From assembly GCA_964035545.1 (NCBI GenBank), contig OZ037765.1, forward strand, positions 7,574,698 to 7,638,697: a stretch of 64,000 nt of DNA. Direction: 5' to 3'. Positions 38,591 through 50,886 of this stretch are shown here, in pieces. Within the stretch, counting starts at the first letter, position 1; every line of letters starts with the position of its first letter. A model generated the notes under the pieces. That model worked only from the letters and a program-made list of their open reading frames with translations, searched no databases and was not told the origin of the DNA. This DNA is from Bugula neritina. Taxonomy: Eukaryota > Animalia > Bryozoa. A program made the translations under genes and the position numbers.

Positions 38591-41500
38591 GAAACGGGAT
38601 CAAGAAATTGTGCTACTTAGAAATAATTTATCTGAATGTACAAATAGTTTTCAGCTTATCTGTGACTTTTGGTCAACTTAAATAAAATCTAATCAAATTT
38701 TGCTGATGACAAGTTACCCAATAATAAATAATGAGTAATAGGCTCTTAGTTTAGTATATGACTGTTTTGCTATGGAATAAATAGAATCACTGGCAAAGTC
38801 ATGACATCCAATAATTTAGTAACTCTCTCTGCTCATTGAGTGGTTTTGGGAGTATTTCAGATATTTTGCTATTTTAGTAACTAATCATTTTGTAAGCTGC
38901 GGTATAATAGAAACATTTTAACAAGTAATTAATAAAATACAAAAACACTGCTTCACAAAGCAGATGCTGTCTTGTTTGCTAAACAATGAATTCCATTTTG
39001 TTCCGGAAACTTTTACATTTTTCACCCAAAATACAAGCAACCACAAAATTTAAAATATAAAGCTTTTAATTAATGAACTAAATTACAATTTACTGCTCTA
39101 AGAGGGTAATGAAGGCAGCCATTATAAGCAGCTCTTTCATTTATAATTCAGTGGTTAGTCTCATTACAATAAAGATCAAACAATGCACTCTACTCTCCAA
39201 TTTAATAATTACCAGCGATGTGGCTATTGCTGCGCACGGGTTTTACACAGGACGCATTTATTGCACGACAGTGCAGACAACTCCAAATTTTACAGGACAC
39301 TCATTAGAAAGACAACTCTTAACCAACTGACAATAATTATCATGCTTTAAAATGTTGTGTTGCCAGTTAAGTCAGAGGAGAGAAAGAGCTAATTTCTATG
39401 ATGAATAATGTCTAATTGTAAAATAGAGCTATTTGAGCTAGCATTCAAAATACATAAATATATAATTGGTATAATTAATTGAGCTAATTGACCTATATAT
39501 TATAATGTAGCAATATAAAAATGATGTTAGAATGCTGATCATTCACTCTTTGTGAACCCATCATAATCACAATCTGACATCACCTCAGTCTTTAGCATTA
39601 CTCAGCCACAACTAGTCAGCACTGATATTTGATAATGAAACATGTAACTGCTAAAGCAGCTTCACTACTTACTATAGAAACACTATCAATTATTATCCTC
39701 ATCGGTTGAATAACAGGCAGATAAACTATGTTAAATCATTTATGAAGCTACAAATAGTCTTTTTCAGTTACAATTTACTACTAGATCATAAATTCATTTT
39801 TAATACATAATGGAGTTATGCACTCTTTAAATGAAGCCTTGCCATTGCAAAAGAGCACTACTAAGATAGAGAGTTGTTTCCCCACTCTATGAAATGCAAC
39901 AACTCATGGAGAATACATGTTATTATATATCTTTGTAGTTTGATTAATCTATATTATAACTCTATTATTTGAAATACATATAATTCCCCCAATTGTTGTT
40001 TACATGAAATCATTGGCAATAGAAATATAATTTTTCTAACATAAACTGTTTGCTAAGAACACAAATCCATAGTTATGTCTTAAGAGTTTGATAATATTTG
40101 GCAGTTATTATGATAAACTAGAGCAGCTTCTAGACTAATTTAAGTAACTGGAAACTGTGTTGACAGTTTATGAACAGGTTGTTTGTATGAGAGACGGCCA
40201 TCTCAGTTGTCATCTAATCTAAGGGTGACAGTCATTAAAATGATACTATTCTTATATATGCAAACACTTGATATTGAAGTGGGGAAGGAACAATATAAAT
40301 TACTATGCATATTTAATAGCGAGTTAGTGTCACAGATATATTTACATGCAACGAGACACCAGGCCAGGCATTGTCCCACTTCTTCTAAGTTTATAGTCTA
40401 CTGTAAGAGACAAAGTTTTCAAGGAGTAGAAATACATAGAATTTTAAAATAATAGTATATAGCTGTATAAGACAAATCGATAGCTATGATTATTAAACCT
40501 GTTTTGGGTATGCTGGAAACACTATTCGAGATTTCATTTATCTTGTTGAACTAGAGAAGCTGCAGCTAACTGAGCTGGTCATTGATGGTTGATGTCCTTA
40601 CTGAAAGCTGTTATTAGGTCAGATAACTAAGGCTAAGATAAGTGGTGTGTCAGATGCTAGAGGGGGTCAGACACTGAATCCTTACGATATGATATTTACA
40701 CTAGTAGTGTACACAAGATCAACATATTTATAAATCTCAGATGCACGTTGTTTGTTTAACATCCCATATTTGATAAACCCTTGACTTGATCAAAGATATG
40801 TGTGGCTATCGTAAACATTACCCAGAGTTACTCCAACAGCACAAAACTGCAAACTATATCATTCACTGACGCACATCACTGATTCATTCTAATGCCAACA
40901 CAAAACAATAAAATTCAAATGAGAGATTGTTATAAACATGGAGCAATTTTAATAATATGCTGATAGCATAATTGCCAGTTCAAAGGTGAAATGCTAAGGG
41001 AAATCACCTTTAAAACTTGTTTCACCTTTCGCTCTAATAGACATTATCAACTTATTGCCCTGCATAGAAATTATCTGCACCAGTGACGGCATTACTATCT
41101 ATAATAAGCTTTCCTTCATTGTTAATAATAGCTCAAGCTATTGTAATAAAAGCTATTATTAATGCATAATACTAGCATTGTAATGATAAAATAATATACA
41201 ATTCTGGCATAACTATAATAGCACTATCATAATTGATAATATAATGCAATAAATAATTATTTATTTTCTGCACTGCAGGTAATATCACCTCATAATGTGT
41301 AATTAGCATTTGTTATCATGGACTATTATATGTGTTTGGCATTACAGCCTCGCTAGCTTGTAAGCAGAGAGCTACATCAGTGGATCAAGTTTCACAGGAC
41401 TTGAAGGCAGTTTTGAATTTAGGGTATTAGTAACACAGGACCCTGGATTTCTCAAGTCAAGTTGATGGCTGACTGGCAGGAAATTTGAGATTTGACAGAA

Positions 41501-43719
41501 GTTAAAATAACAGATAAAATAATATGAATGCAATGCTGTAGAGTAGTTGCTGTGCTTTGGTTAGTAAGTTTATACTACGTGGTACTGCAGAGTTGTTGAT
41601 GGGAGTTGATCTGACTTTCTGTGTGCATGTTAGTGATCACGGATACAGCATGCATTCTACACAGTTAAAAGATAAATCCTATTATTTATGTATTGCAATA
41701 CATATTAAAATAGAAATCTAATAATAGAACTGACTTCCACCATTAAAGTATAAGCATGATCAACACCAGGTAATCAATTTCAATGAAATAATAACTATTA
41801 AATAGAGACAATTCATTTGTATAATTCCCAGTAGCTTTAAGGTAAAACAATGACAAATTAAAGTTGTTTCTGCTCAGAGACTTTGTATAGCAACCAATTT
41901 GACAAATTAGATTTTCTCCTTCTCTAGAGACCGGACTACAACACCATCTGCCATAGAATAAGGCTTCCAGAGATAACAATGTTTACAGAATACACAAAAA
42001 GATGCAACGATTATAAGTCACAGAGCCTAGCTGAGTTTCTTGTTCTGTTCTTTGGTATAAACAGAGAGTAATAAATAAATAAAATCATCTCTGCATCTAT
42101 AATATATAAGTACTTTGCACAGACACACTCACATTACAGGCACAATATGCCCTCCTTTATTGTTTCTGTTACCACAACAATAATCTCTACCTGTTTTGCT
42201 AGATTTCGTAATTTCTATCTAGGAAAAATTTGGTCATCAGCTTGCCTACAGCTTCATCTTTACTGCTTATTGTTATCAGGGTTGCCAGCAAAATACGTGA
42301 GGAAATTACTAATGTGTATGTGTGTATGGGATAAAAGTGTGGCATGGCAGAAAGATGAATGAAAAATGCATGTTTTTCTCAGCTAATATTACATCTGCAT
42401 TTGCATTGGTTATCATTTCTACCAGCCAGTGAATGTCAAGCTAAGTGTCTACCCTTAGCATTGATAGTGACTGAATGCCTTCACCAATAGAACTTGGCTG
42501 AATATAAAGCATTGCTTCAACTTATAAGAGGCTCTTCCAAGTTGTGGCTTGCTCATGGAGTCACTTTAAGTTGCTACTGGACTATAAAAACCTTAAAACT
42601 GAGCAAACCCTTGAAATATATGGCTTTAAGGCAGAAAGTCCTTGTCATGTAATGATTCATCATATTTTGCAATTCTTAAAAATAAGCCCATCTATTTCCA
42701 GAGAATCACTCGAAATAATAATTGCTATTACAACATATAGTAATATAATAGTATAATATACTAGGTCAGTGATCTACTATAAGTTTGTACACTCTAGTCA
42801 GAAGGGAACGAGCTCAGCGAGGATGAGTAATTCACAGTTACTCTGACTTTATACTGTGGGTTGGCATACTATACCACTCAACTACAAGTATAACTACACT
42901 ATACTTACACATACTTATGTATTCTATACAACTGTAGCTGTTAATTATACAATATCAGCTGTAAACTATACAGTGACAACTGACAGTATATACACCCTAT
43001 ACAATTACTATACGTAGACTACAGCACAGCCTACAGACCGGGATGATGCCAGATTTCCTATTCTACTTGATGACTTTCTCTTTGTCTCGATAGTCATAAA
43101 CTAGACCTACATACTACCCAATAAGCCACCTCCTCAGTGAGAGGTGTGAAGAAGTGAGATATAGATTCAATTTTATAGTTAGAAGATTAGACTACAACTT
43201 GAATAGACAGAGGGCAGGTGTTACAGGTGCTCTATAGTCTATATTATAGAAGATTGTGATCTATACTGGAGTCTGGGATAAAATCAGAGCTACTGAACAA
43301 GAAGAGCAGAATTTTAGAACAACTGGTGGTTACTAGTATGAATTATTTAGGTTACAACAAATTAGAGTGAGAAAAGTGGGGTGCACTTTGTACACGGCTG
43401 TTGAAAAGTGTGATGGTTATGGAATAAAAAGATAATTAGTATGTCAAGATACCAGAAGTCATGCCATAATCACTATTATCATTCATAGGAGAGAATAACA
43501 AACAAGTACACTCAAAACCACATGCCACTGGCAGCTGATGATATGTTTTAGAAAACAACCACTCTGTGGTGTGAAGCCGAGGTGCATAATCTGGTTAGTA
43601 GATTGTACAGATTGGTTGGAGAATAGAAAGACACTAATGAAAGACCCCTAAATACCATACACAAAACATTTGTTGATAAAGTTTTAATTATTGTAAAGGA
43701 AAACCAGGCAACCAGTTCT

Positions 43720-43780
43720 CACTCACTGTCTTTCCATTAATTAATCTGAATGGGATCTATCCATGGAAAGACAATGAATG
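43720..43780 (-). ncRNA. Pre-miRNA-like hairpin (61 nt), unverified
   Basis: Minus-strand RNA forms an 18-bp stem with two G.U pairs, then 7 more pairs in 9 positions, and a 7-nt loop. Not matched to any miRNA I recognise. Confidence 0.3.
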
Positions 43781-43883
43781 TTTTACCAAATCCAACTCCA
43801 GAGCATGTCTTGTGAACAGTATATACTCTCAGACATATTCTATTTGTGCAGGGTATCTAAACATGAATCTTGGCACTACTTAC

Positions 43884-43953
43884 CATCGATAACAGGGTAG
43901 CCATTCACAAGCACATCAAGGCCAAGCACTATCATCAGAGATATCAACATCAT
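43884..43953 (-). CDS. Signal-peptide-encoding exon; candidate alternative first coding exon of the semaphorin
   Basis: ctgttttag|tctggaggaagaATG ATG... encodes MMLISLMIVLGLDVLVNGYPVID, followed by G|gtaagtag. The phase-1 donor is in frame with semaphorin exon 2 (36708). Confidence 0.6.
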
Positions 43954-46900
43954 TCTTCCTCCAGACTAAAACAGTGAGAACTATGAGCCAATACTAGTTA
44001 ATAGGTAAAGAGAGTTGGCCAGTGAATGGGAGAGGAATTAGATTGGGACATGGCATGATATCATCAGTTTCTGTCAGTCAGTCTGTAAGTGGAGAGCTTG
44101 TCAGTAAATGCATGAGTAATTCATCCGAAAACTAAAGACTGTGGTGTCAGGTTTATATCCAGCTTCCCCACATTTGAATACTAATAATGCACTTCATAAT
44201 TCATAGTTATTGAGAAATGTTACCCATCCAAACTAGAATAGGTATATAGCATTACTCAGCCCAATTGTGGTTAATGTACATTTCGAGTAAATAAAAACTG
44301 CTCTAAATGGCCCCTTGTCACAATGGAGTCTTAATTGTGCTTTGATCTAAGGTAGTTGGAAGCACTTTGGCACACCTGGCCATGTCAGTCTTTTAAAATA
44401 TAGAGAATCATGCTTCCTGCTGGACATCTTCAATTTGTTTACAGAAAATTCATTCAAATTGTTCTTTTAGAGTTTTAAAAGCCACATGTGTTTCATCTGA
44501 TTAAGTGCACATTTAACACACAAAAAACCTTTCATATTCAATTAAAAAATATTTAAACTCTAGATAGGCAGATATCCTAAAAAGTTTTCAGACCAAAGCA
44601 CTCATATGAATAATTATTATTTATAGAGAAAATTATGACTTGACATGCATATATTAATTTTTCATCTATTAATCTTTGAGTCAGTCGACCTGGAAGCTGT
44701 GACAGCAGACAATACATTAGCGACGGTGCTGAGCATGCTCAATAGACTCCCGAGTCTAGAGTAAGGATCAAGAGAAGAACTTACACAAACACAAAACGTC
44801 TCAAGAGTCACATACTCACTATTGGCCAGGCAATCATTGTGATCCTACTTTAATATACGAGTGCATATCATACATCATTTAATATGTATTCTTTCAAACA
44901 TAGCTTCATAAATTATAAATTAGTTAGATTAAGGGCCTATCATGTTAAACACACTAGAAGATAGGGGAAATTTCTAGGTTTTATGCTTTAGTTGCTGTTT
45001 GCAACATTATTCTAAATCTATCCTACGCAGTTCCAACTAAAAACAAAAAACAAAAACATATGTACATCATTAAACATTTCTGTTTTTTATCAGTGAACTT
45101 TTTAGTTAATCATCAATTTATCTGAAAAATCACACCCGATATTAAAGTCATATTCGAAACAGTCACACTCTGATAATTTTGGAGATTATCTGCAGAACAA
45201 GAAGAAAACTAAAAGGATGTTATGCTCTGGACTTTAACAAAATCTCTAGCTGCATTTAATCAAGTCACTGGTGCAATATTTAATGAAAATCAGTTGTGTT
45301 TAATTGTAGGTCCCCAGTATGCATCATTTTCAAACTAAGAACAGGCAAATTCAGCAGAGAGCAACAATTGATTTGATATTAGGCCCCTGGATTGGGATTT
45401 GGCATTAACTCCTTACAGGGCGTTCAAATTGTTGGCTAGTGGGTACACTTTATCAGATTATAGATGGCTTCTACTCTAAACTTTACATCAAATTTGGTGC
45501 AGCATAGTGTGTACATCAGAGTATATCAGTGACCGCAACCTCTAGTGATAAAGAATCACAATTACACAATATTATCGCTATTATGGCTAAATTGACACGG
45601 ATGGCCGCTGATGAAGCCTAAAGTGTTATAATTTCCACACTCATAGTCCCGTTACTATAATATGTAGTAGTCAAAGAAATTAATGAGAATAAGCAATAAC
45701 AAATGCAGCAAATATTAACTTTATAAATGGCTATCATCACCCACTTGTATTTGTTGAAATGAAAAATGAAAGGTGTACAACTTTGAGCAAAAGGCATTAA
45801 GTCTAAAGTCTTTTGTGTGGATGTTATTCTTGCTCCCATTAGCTTCCACTGGGCTTTAGAGTTTAGAAAATGTAAACAAAGGGCACTTTCCTATCTCAAG
45901 ACTGTACAACTTTATAGAACTACGCCTTTCATGTCAAAAAGGAAGTGTTTCCAAGAAAAACAGATTGTAAAGCTCCAATTTCAAGGCACTTAAATGAGCT
46001 TGCATATGAAAAGAACAAGCAATTTTCGTTTTGTGATAGAGAAAAAAACTAGGTCTCAAGATAGCTTTTTTATCTTCTATTTATTTAGCAACAGTGCCTG
46101 GGAGCAAACTAATTGAAACCTATATTTTCAATGGTAGAATAAAAATAAAAAACATAATTACATTAAAGGGAGTGTAATACAAATAGGTTAATATGAATCA
46201 GCTAGAAGTTTTAAGAAACTTCAATAGCCTAAGTTCTAAGCATTTCCAACTTTTTAGCATCAGTGACAGTATGCTTGTCACCAAAACCCAGACTTAAACT
46301 GAAGTCCACTATATACCCACGTTCTGATTCTTACTTCAATACAAGAGTTGTTAACATAAATATGTGGGAAGTTTTTCACTTTGAAAAGAAATTAAACAAG
46401 AAAAAAAAACAGGGTTTCAAAATGCAAAATGCTAAGCATAATAAAACTACAAACCTGTGCTAGGCCTAACAGAGTAACACTAACACTAACAGTAACAGTC
46501 TATCAGTCTTCATGAGTCTATCAATTATTAGGAATCTTTTTTAGTAAGACCTCAAGCAATGATTTGAGTTCAGCCGAATTTATTACTACACATGAACTAA
46601 GAGCACAATAGTAAATTGTAAATATTAAATTATATCAAAATGAGGATATAGCCATGGTTCAAATGCTTATGCATAACTAATTACTATTAGCTGGTGGTTT
46701 TATATTGATAATAATATCCATATGAAATTATATTATACAAGTCAAGATTTATTACTTAGGTAAATAACCAATACGTACCAATGAAGGTTCAATCCAATAG
46801 TAATTAGTCTACAGATACGATATTTGGACTCTAGTGTTGGAGAGTTTGAGTATTGTGGTTTCCAGCAGTCAAGATCAAGATGGCTGCTGAGAGAAGTTCT

Positions 46901-47099
46901 TATGCTGTACCACAATCAATACGTAGCAACTATATCTTTGACAGTTAGAAAGAGTAACTTTTTGAACAGTATGTTTTCCAGCTGTTACCCTATTTCCATG
47001 GAATCATAGAAATAACAAACTTCAACAAGTCATTTGAAAAGCTAAAATAGGCAATATCAAGGATAGCAAGTAGTATAAAATATGGTCATGTAAAGAAAT

Positions 47100-47220
47100 C
47101 ACGTGTATATTTGTGCTAAGTAATACGATTGGCTAAAGTCCCAATGACGATTGGTTGAAATAAACGCACTCTGCACCAGACGTAATATCAAAACATTTTA
47201 TTTGCATCCTATTGGTCATT
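47100..47220. promoter_or_regulatory. CCAAT-box cluster, candidate distal promoter
   Basis: CACGTG at 47100; ATTGG at 47128, 47150 and 47211; CCAAT at 47141; TGACG half-site at 47145. Confidence 0.4.
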
Positions 47221-49256
47221 GCAATTCTAGAGCCTAGATGTTTTGGCAGGGAAGGCAAAGTACTTCTGCAGTCAAAATAGTAATATGCATTACCATATAG
47301 CATATAACCATATAACTATATAGTAACCATTATGCAGCAGTTATCATTTTTTAGTTTCATTTATTTTAATTTCAAACTATCAGCCTTTACCTCTCTCTCC
47401 AGAGCACACTGTAGTGGGTATAAAATGGAACAACTAAAATGAATAGTAGAAATACTGTATAGTAAAACTGCTTTGATGCAAATCTAAATCAAAAATCAGT
47501 TGAGTATAATTTAGAAAGATTAAATTATTCAAGCTGTAGTTGATTATGTCACCATCATTCTATAGTACTTTCCATTTGAACACATCTATGTTAGTATTTT
47601 TGGTGCATATATAATAAACATCAAATATTTTGATCCTAGTGATTACTGTATTTATAGTGTTATGTAACTTAATGTTATAAAATTTCTTATAACATCACAT
47701 ATACACAATAATTTAAACTTTATTTTATTGCCTAATTGTTGAAGAGCAGCTATAACCTAGAAAACTTATCAACATGTAGATCCTGTGCTACTCTGAAAGC
47801 CCTCAGGCAATCTTACCAGCATAGCTTGAGGTAAAATTCCTGTAGCCCACCTATGCCACCGCAGGTTCTTACTGGAACTGGGGCTATATAAAATAATATG
47901 AGTTTATAAAATATAATTATAACGTATCACAATTATATATATTATATAATATACATAAAAACTGTTTCTGTATCTATTCTAGATCATTTAGGAAAGTGTA
48001 TTCATCTACAATATCTTTGTTACATTTTGAAGAAAATATGCTAAATGCAAATAACAACAAAATTCGCAGAAATTTCAATTTCAAGTGACTGGTTTTGCTT
48101 GACGTACACGTTAGGTTTTATTTTCACGCAAAAGGTCACAACATCCAGGCTCTAAAGTTTTCGGGTAAAATGTCTCTGTGCCCGTATCAATTTTTTCAGT
48201 CTTAAAACAATTAAATTGTGCTTTCAAAATCTAAAAGGATGCTAATATGGAGCAAAAATATGTGAAAGTGTTGCAGCTTCAAGACTGATTTTTGTCCCTA
48301 AACAATGCAACTAGTTTATATAACTTTGTATGTCTCTTTTTTCATGACACATCAGCTTTCTGGATGCTTCAACTTCAAGTCTAAGTGACTCTCACGTGCT
48401 TCAATGAAATACAAATCAAATTAAATATTCTTGACTGATAAAAATAAGCTTGCATTTGGACATCTAGCTGGATGCTGCACTATTATATACACGTACATGT
48501 ATATAACATGTAAACACGTTGCAAATGCAGATATATGATTAATGTATGACATGCAAAACCAATGGGAATATATTGCTTCTAAACATACGTATAAGCTATT
48601 CACTAAAATATAATTTATATGCAAAGTAGAAGAAAAGCATATTTCTGTTGGAGAGTGTTGAGATATATAATAACAACTAGTTTTTTAACTGGTTGTTCAG
48701 AAAATGAATGGTAGCTATGCAGAGATGTATGCAACAATAACATATTTAGTAGAATACCATATAAGTTAAAAGCAAATCAAACTTTACACACATTAAAGAA
48801 ACAAGGTAAATTCTGTGTAAGCCTATTAGGTCTGAGAATTTTTGCTTTCCATTTTTTTATGCAAGACAAACTTTACAAGTTTACACCTGCTTTTCATAAG
48901 CTGCATGTATTTTACTTTAAAATATGTGCAGCAATGGTTAACAATTCTTACACATTTGCTTACATGTTTCGCAAAGCTTTAATGACGTCTAGTAACCAGC
49001 GTGGCACACCATTTACTAATTTCTTATGTATTCTTCTAAATTACAATTATACAGTTAGCAACCTGCTGAATTAACCTTCAGAAAACAAGAGAAAATAGCT
49101 GACCCACTAATTCAATAAAATCTGTCTATCTTTTATAGAAACTGCTTTCTGATTGAACTTATAAGAAGTAAGAGCTCCTGCTGAAAAGATAGATAGACTG
49201 AATTAGTTGATTAAAGCCTAATATTATTTGCACTATCACTAAAATTGCAAAGTATT

Positions 49257-49269
49257 GGGGGGGGGGGGG
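49257..49269. repeat. poly-G tract (13 G)
   Basis: Read directly. Confidence 0.85.
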
Positions 49270-49349
49270 AATACAGAATGAGCCAGCAGTTTAATAGTTA
49301 GGTATTAGTTGGCAACCGCTGTTTAAAGTTTAAAGAATTTGCAAATCAA

Positions 49350-50200
49350 GACTTAAGCTTAGTTCGAAAGTGTATACTCTATAATATACAGAATGAAATT
49401 ACAATTTTGTAAAACTTTCAACTTCTTTCCAAGACGGTCACAAATTGAATTTCTTTCAGCACAGATGCGCTTTGAATTCAATCACCAATGCTTCATTTAA
49501 AAATTTCAATAAGACTCTTCACACAATGAATTAAAAGCAATCATTACTAATTAGTGCTGATTGAATTATCTCCAACTTGTAGCTTCACCACACAATTTGA
49601 GTCTAATATAGCCACTAGCATAATTTCTATTAGACTTTAAAGTCTAGTTAGAATAAAAACCAACAACTCATTCATCAATGAGCAGATGTTGAGAACTATC
49701 TAAGATGGCAGACAAACTAGATCATTACATTTTATCATGCAATAATAAACAGTTAAACTAATTTGTATCCAATTTAAACTTCATTAGTTCTGCTGTAATA
49801 CTATTAAATATGATGTCTAATTCTCCATTACCAGTCTGAGCCAAGTTTTCTATGGCAGAATAATTACATAGTGCAACAATTTTGGTAAGATGCGCATTGA
49901 GCATAGACTACAGGTACAGCCCATAGGTATAGCAGCATTTAAGCCAGGACAGCCAGTCAAAAGATAGAGAAAGATGTTAAGCAGCAATCTTCAAGGATGT
50001 GTAGAATTTGACTGACTCTACAAGACTTTAGTTTTCTCTTACTTACTGCAGTCACCAAGACTGTATGACGAATGGACATGCTAGAACATTATGTTACCAT
50101 TATAAAAACTGCCGTTACCAGTGAACATTGCATGGTGAGAAGAATTTGGCTAATTTCTTTAGATGAAAGGCTCAAGATGAAAGCTTTAACTGACTTTTTC
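49350..50200 (-). mobile_element. Possible highly decayed hAT transposase remnant
   Basis: Stop-interrupted minus-strand fragments (HVHSSYSL.GDCSK; ...SSLSAILDSSQHLL...TLKSNR) loosely recall the hAT motifs xVHCxAHxLNL and LSxxLQSxxxDL in the right order. By-eye judgement only. Confidence 0.25.
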
Positions 50201-50886
50201 ACACAAGAGTCATATTCAGTTTTTTGTTTGGCCTGGGCAAAGAATTATGTTTTGCCTTGAACATGATAATATATGTATATGTTATGTTTCTTGTGTTATG
50301 TGCTGGTGGTAAGAATGTGAACAAGCTGGTAAATACTGGTAGATCTGTTATAAACATTAACAATATAGCTGATAAATTATACACGACAAAATATTGAAAT
50401 TTAGTAACTTTGGTATTCAGCAACCAATCCCTTGGTGTGTTACTTGAATTGTTATCATATTAATTACTTACATATTAAATTTAAATATCAAGTATAAAAC
50501 ATAATTAAAATATGTGAAAAAACTAGATATCTTTTTACATTGATAGGCTTACTTTAACAGTAAAATTTAAAAATAACATTTCCAATAATTATCTGCATAT
50601 TCAAACAATCAAAAGTACAACTTCAAAGATATTTTAGTTTCTGAAATAAAACAAGAAGATGTATAAATAGTCTACTTACAAATAACATTTAATTTTTCAA
50701 ATATTACCTTTGATTATAGCAAGTGGTAAACATGAATTTAAAAACTTTAGCAGTACTAAAAGTCTTTTTAATATTATACTCTAAAAGCTGATACCGACTT
50801 TAGCTGAAAATTTAGGGTCTAATGTAGTCTAATCTAGTCAATTCACATCTGTTAGAGTTGCATTTCGTATGACGTAACGTGTGGAG

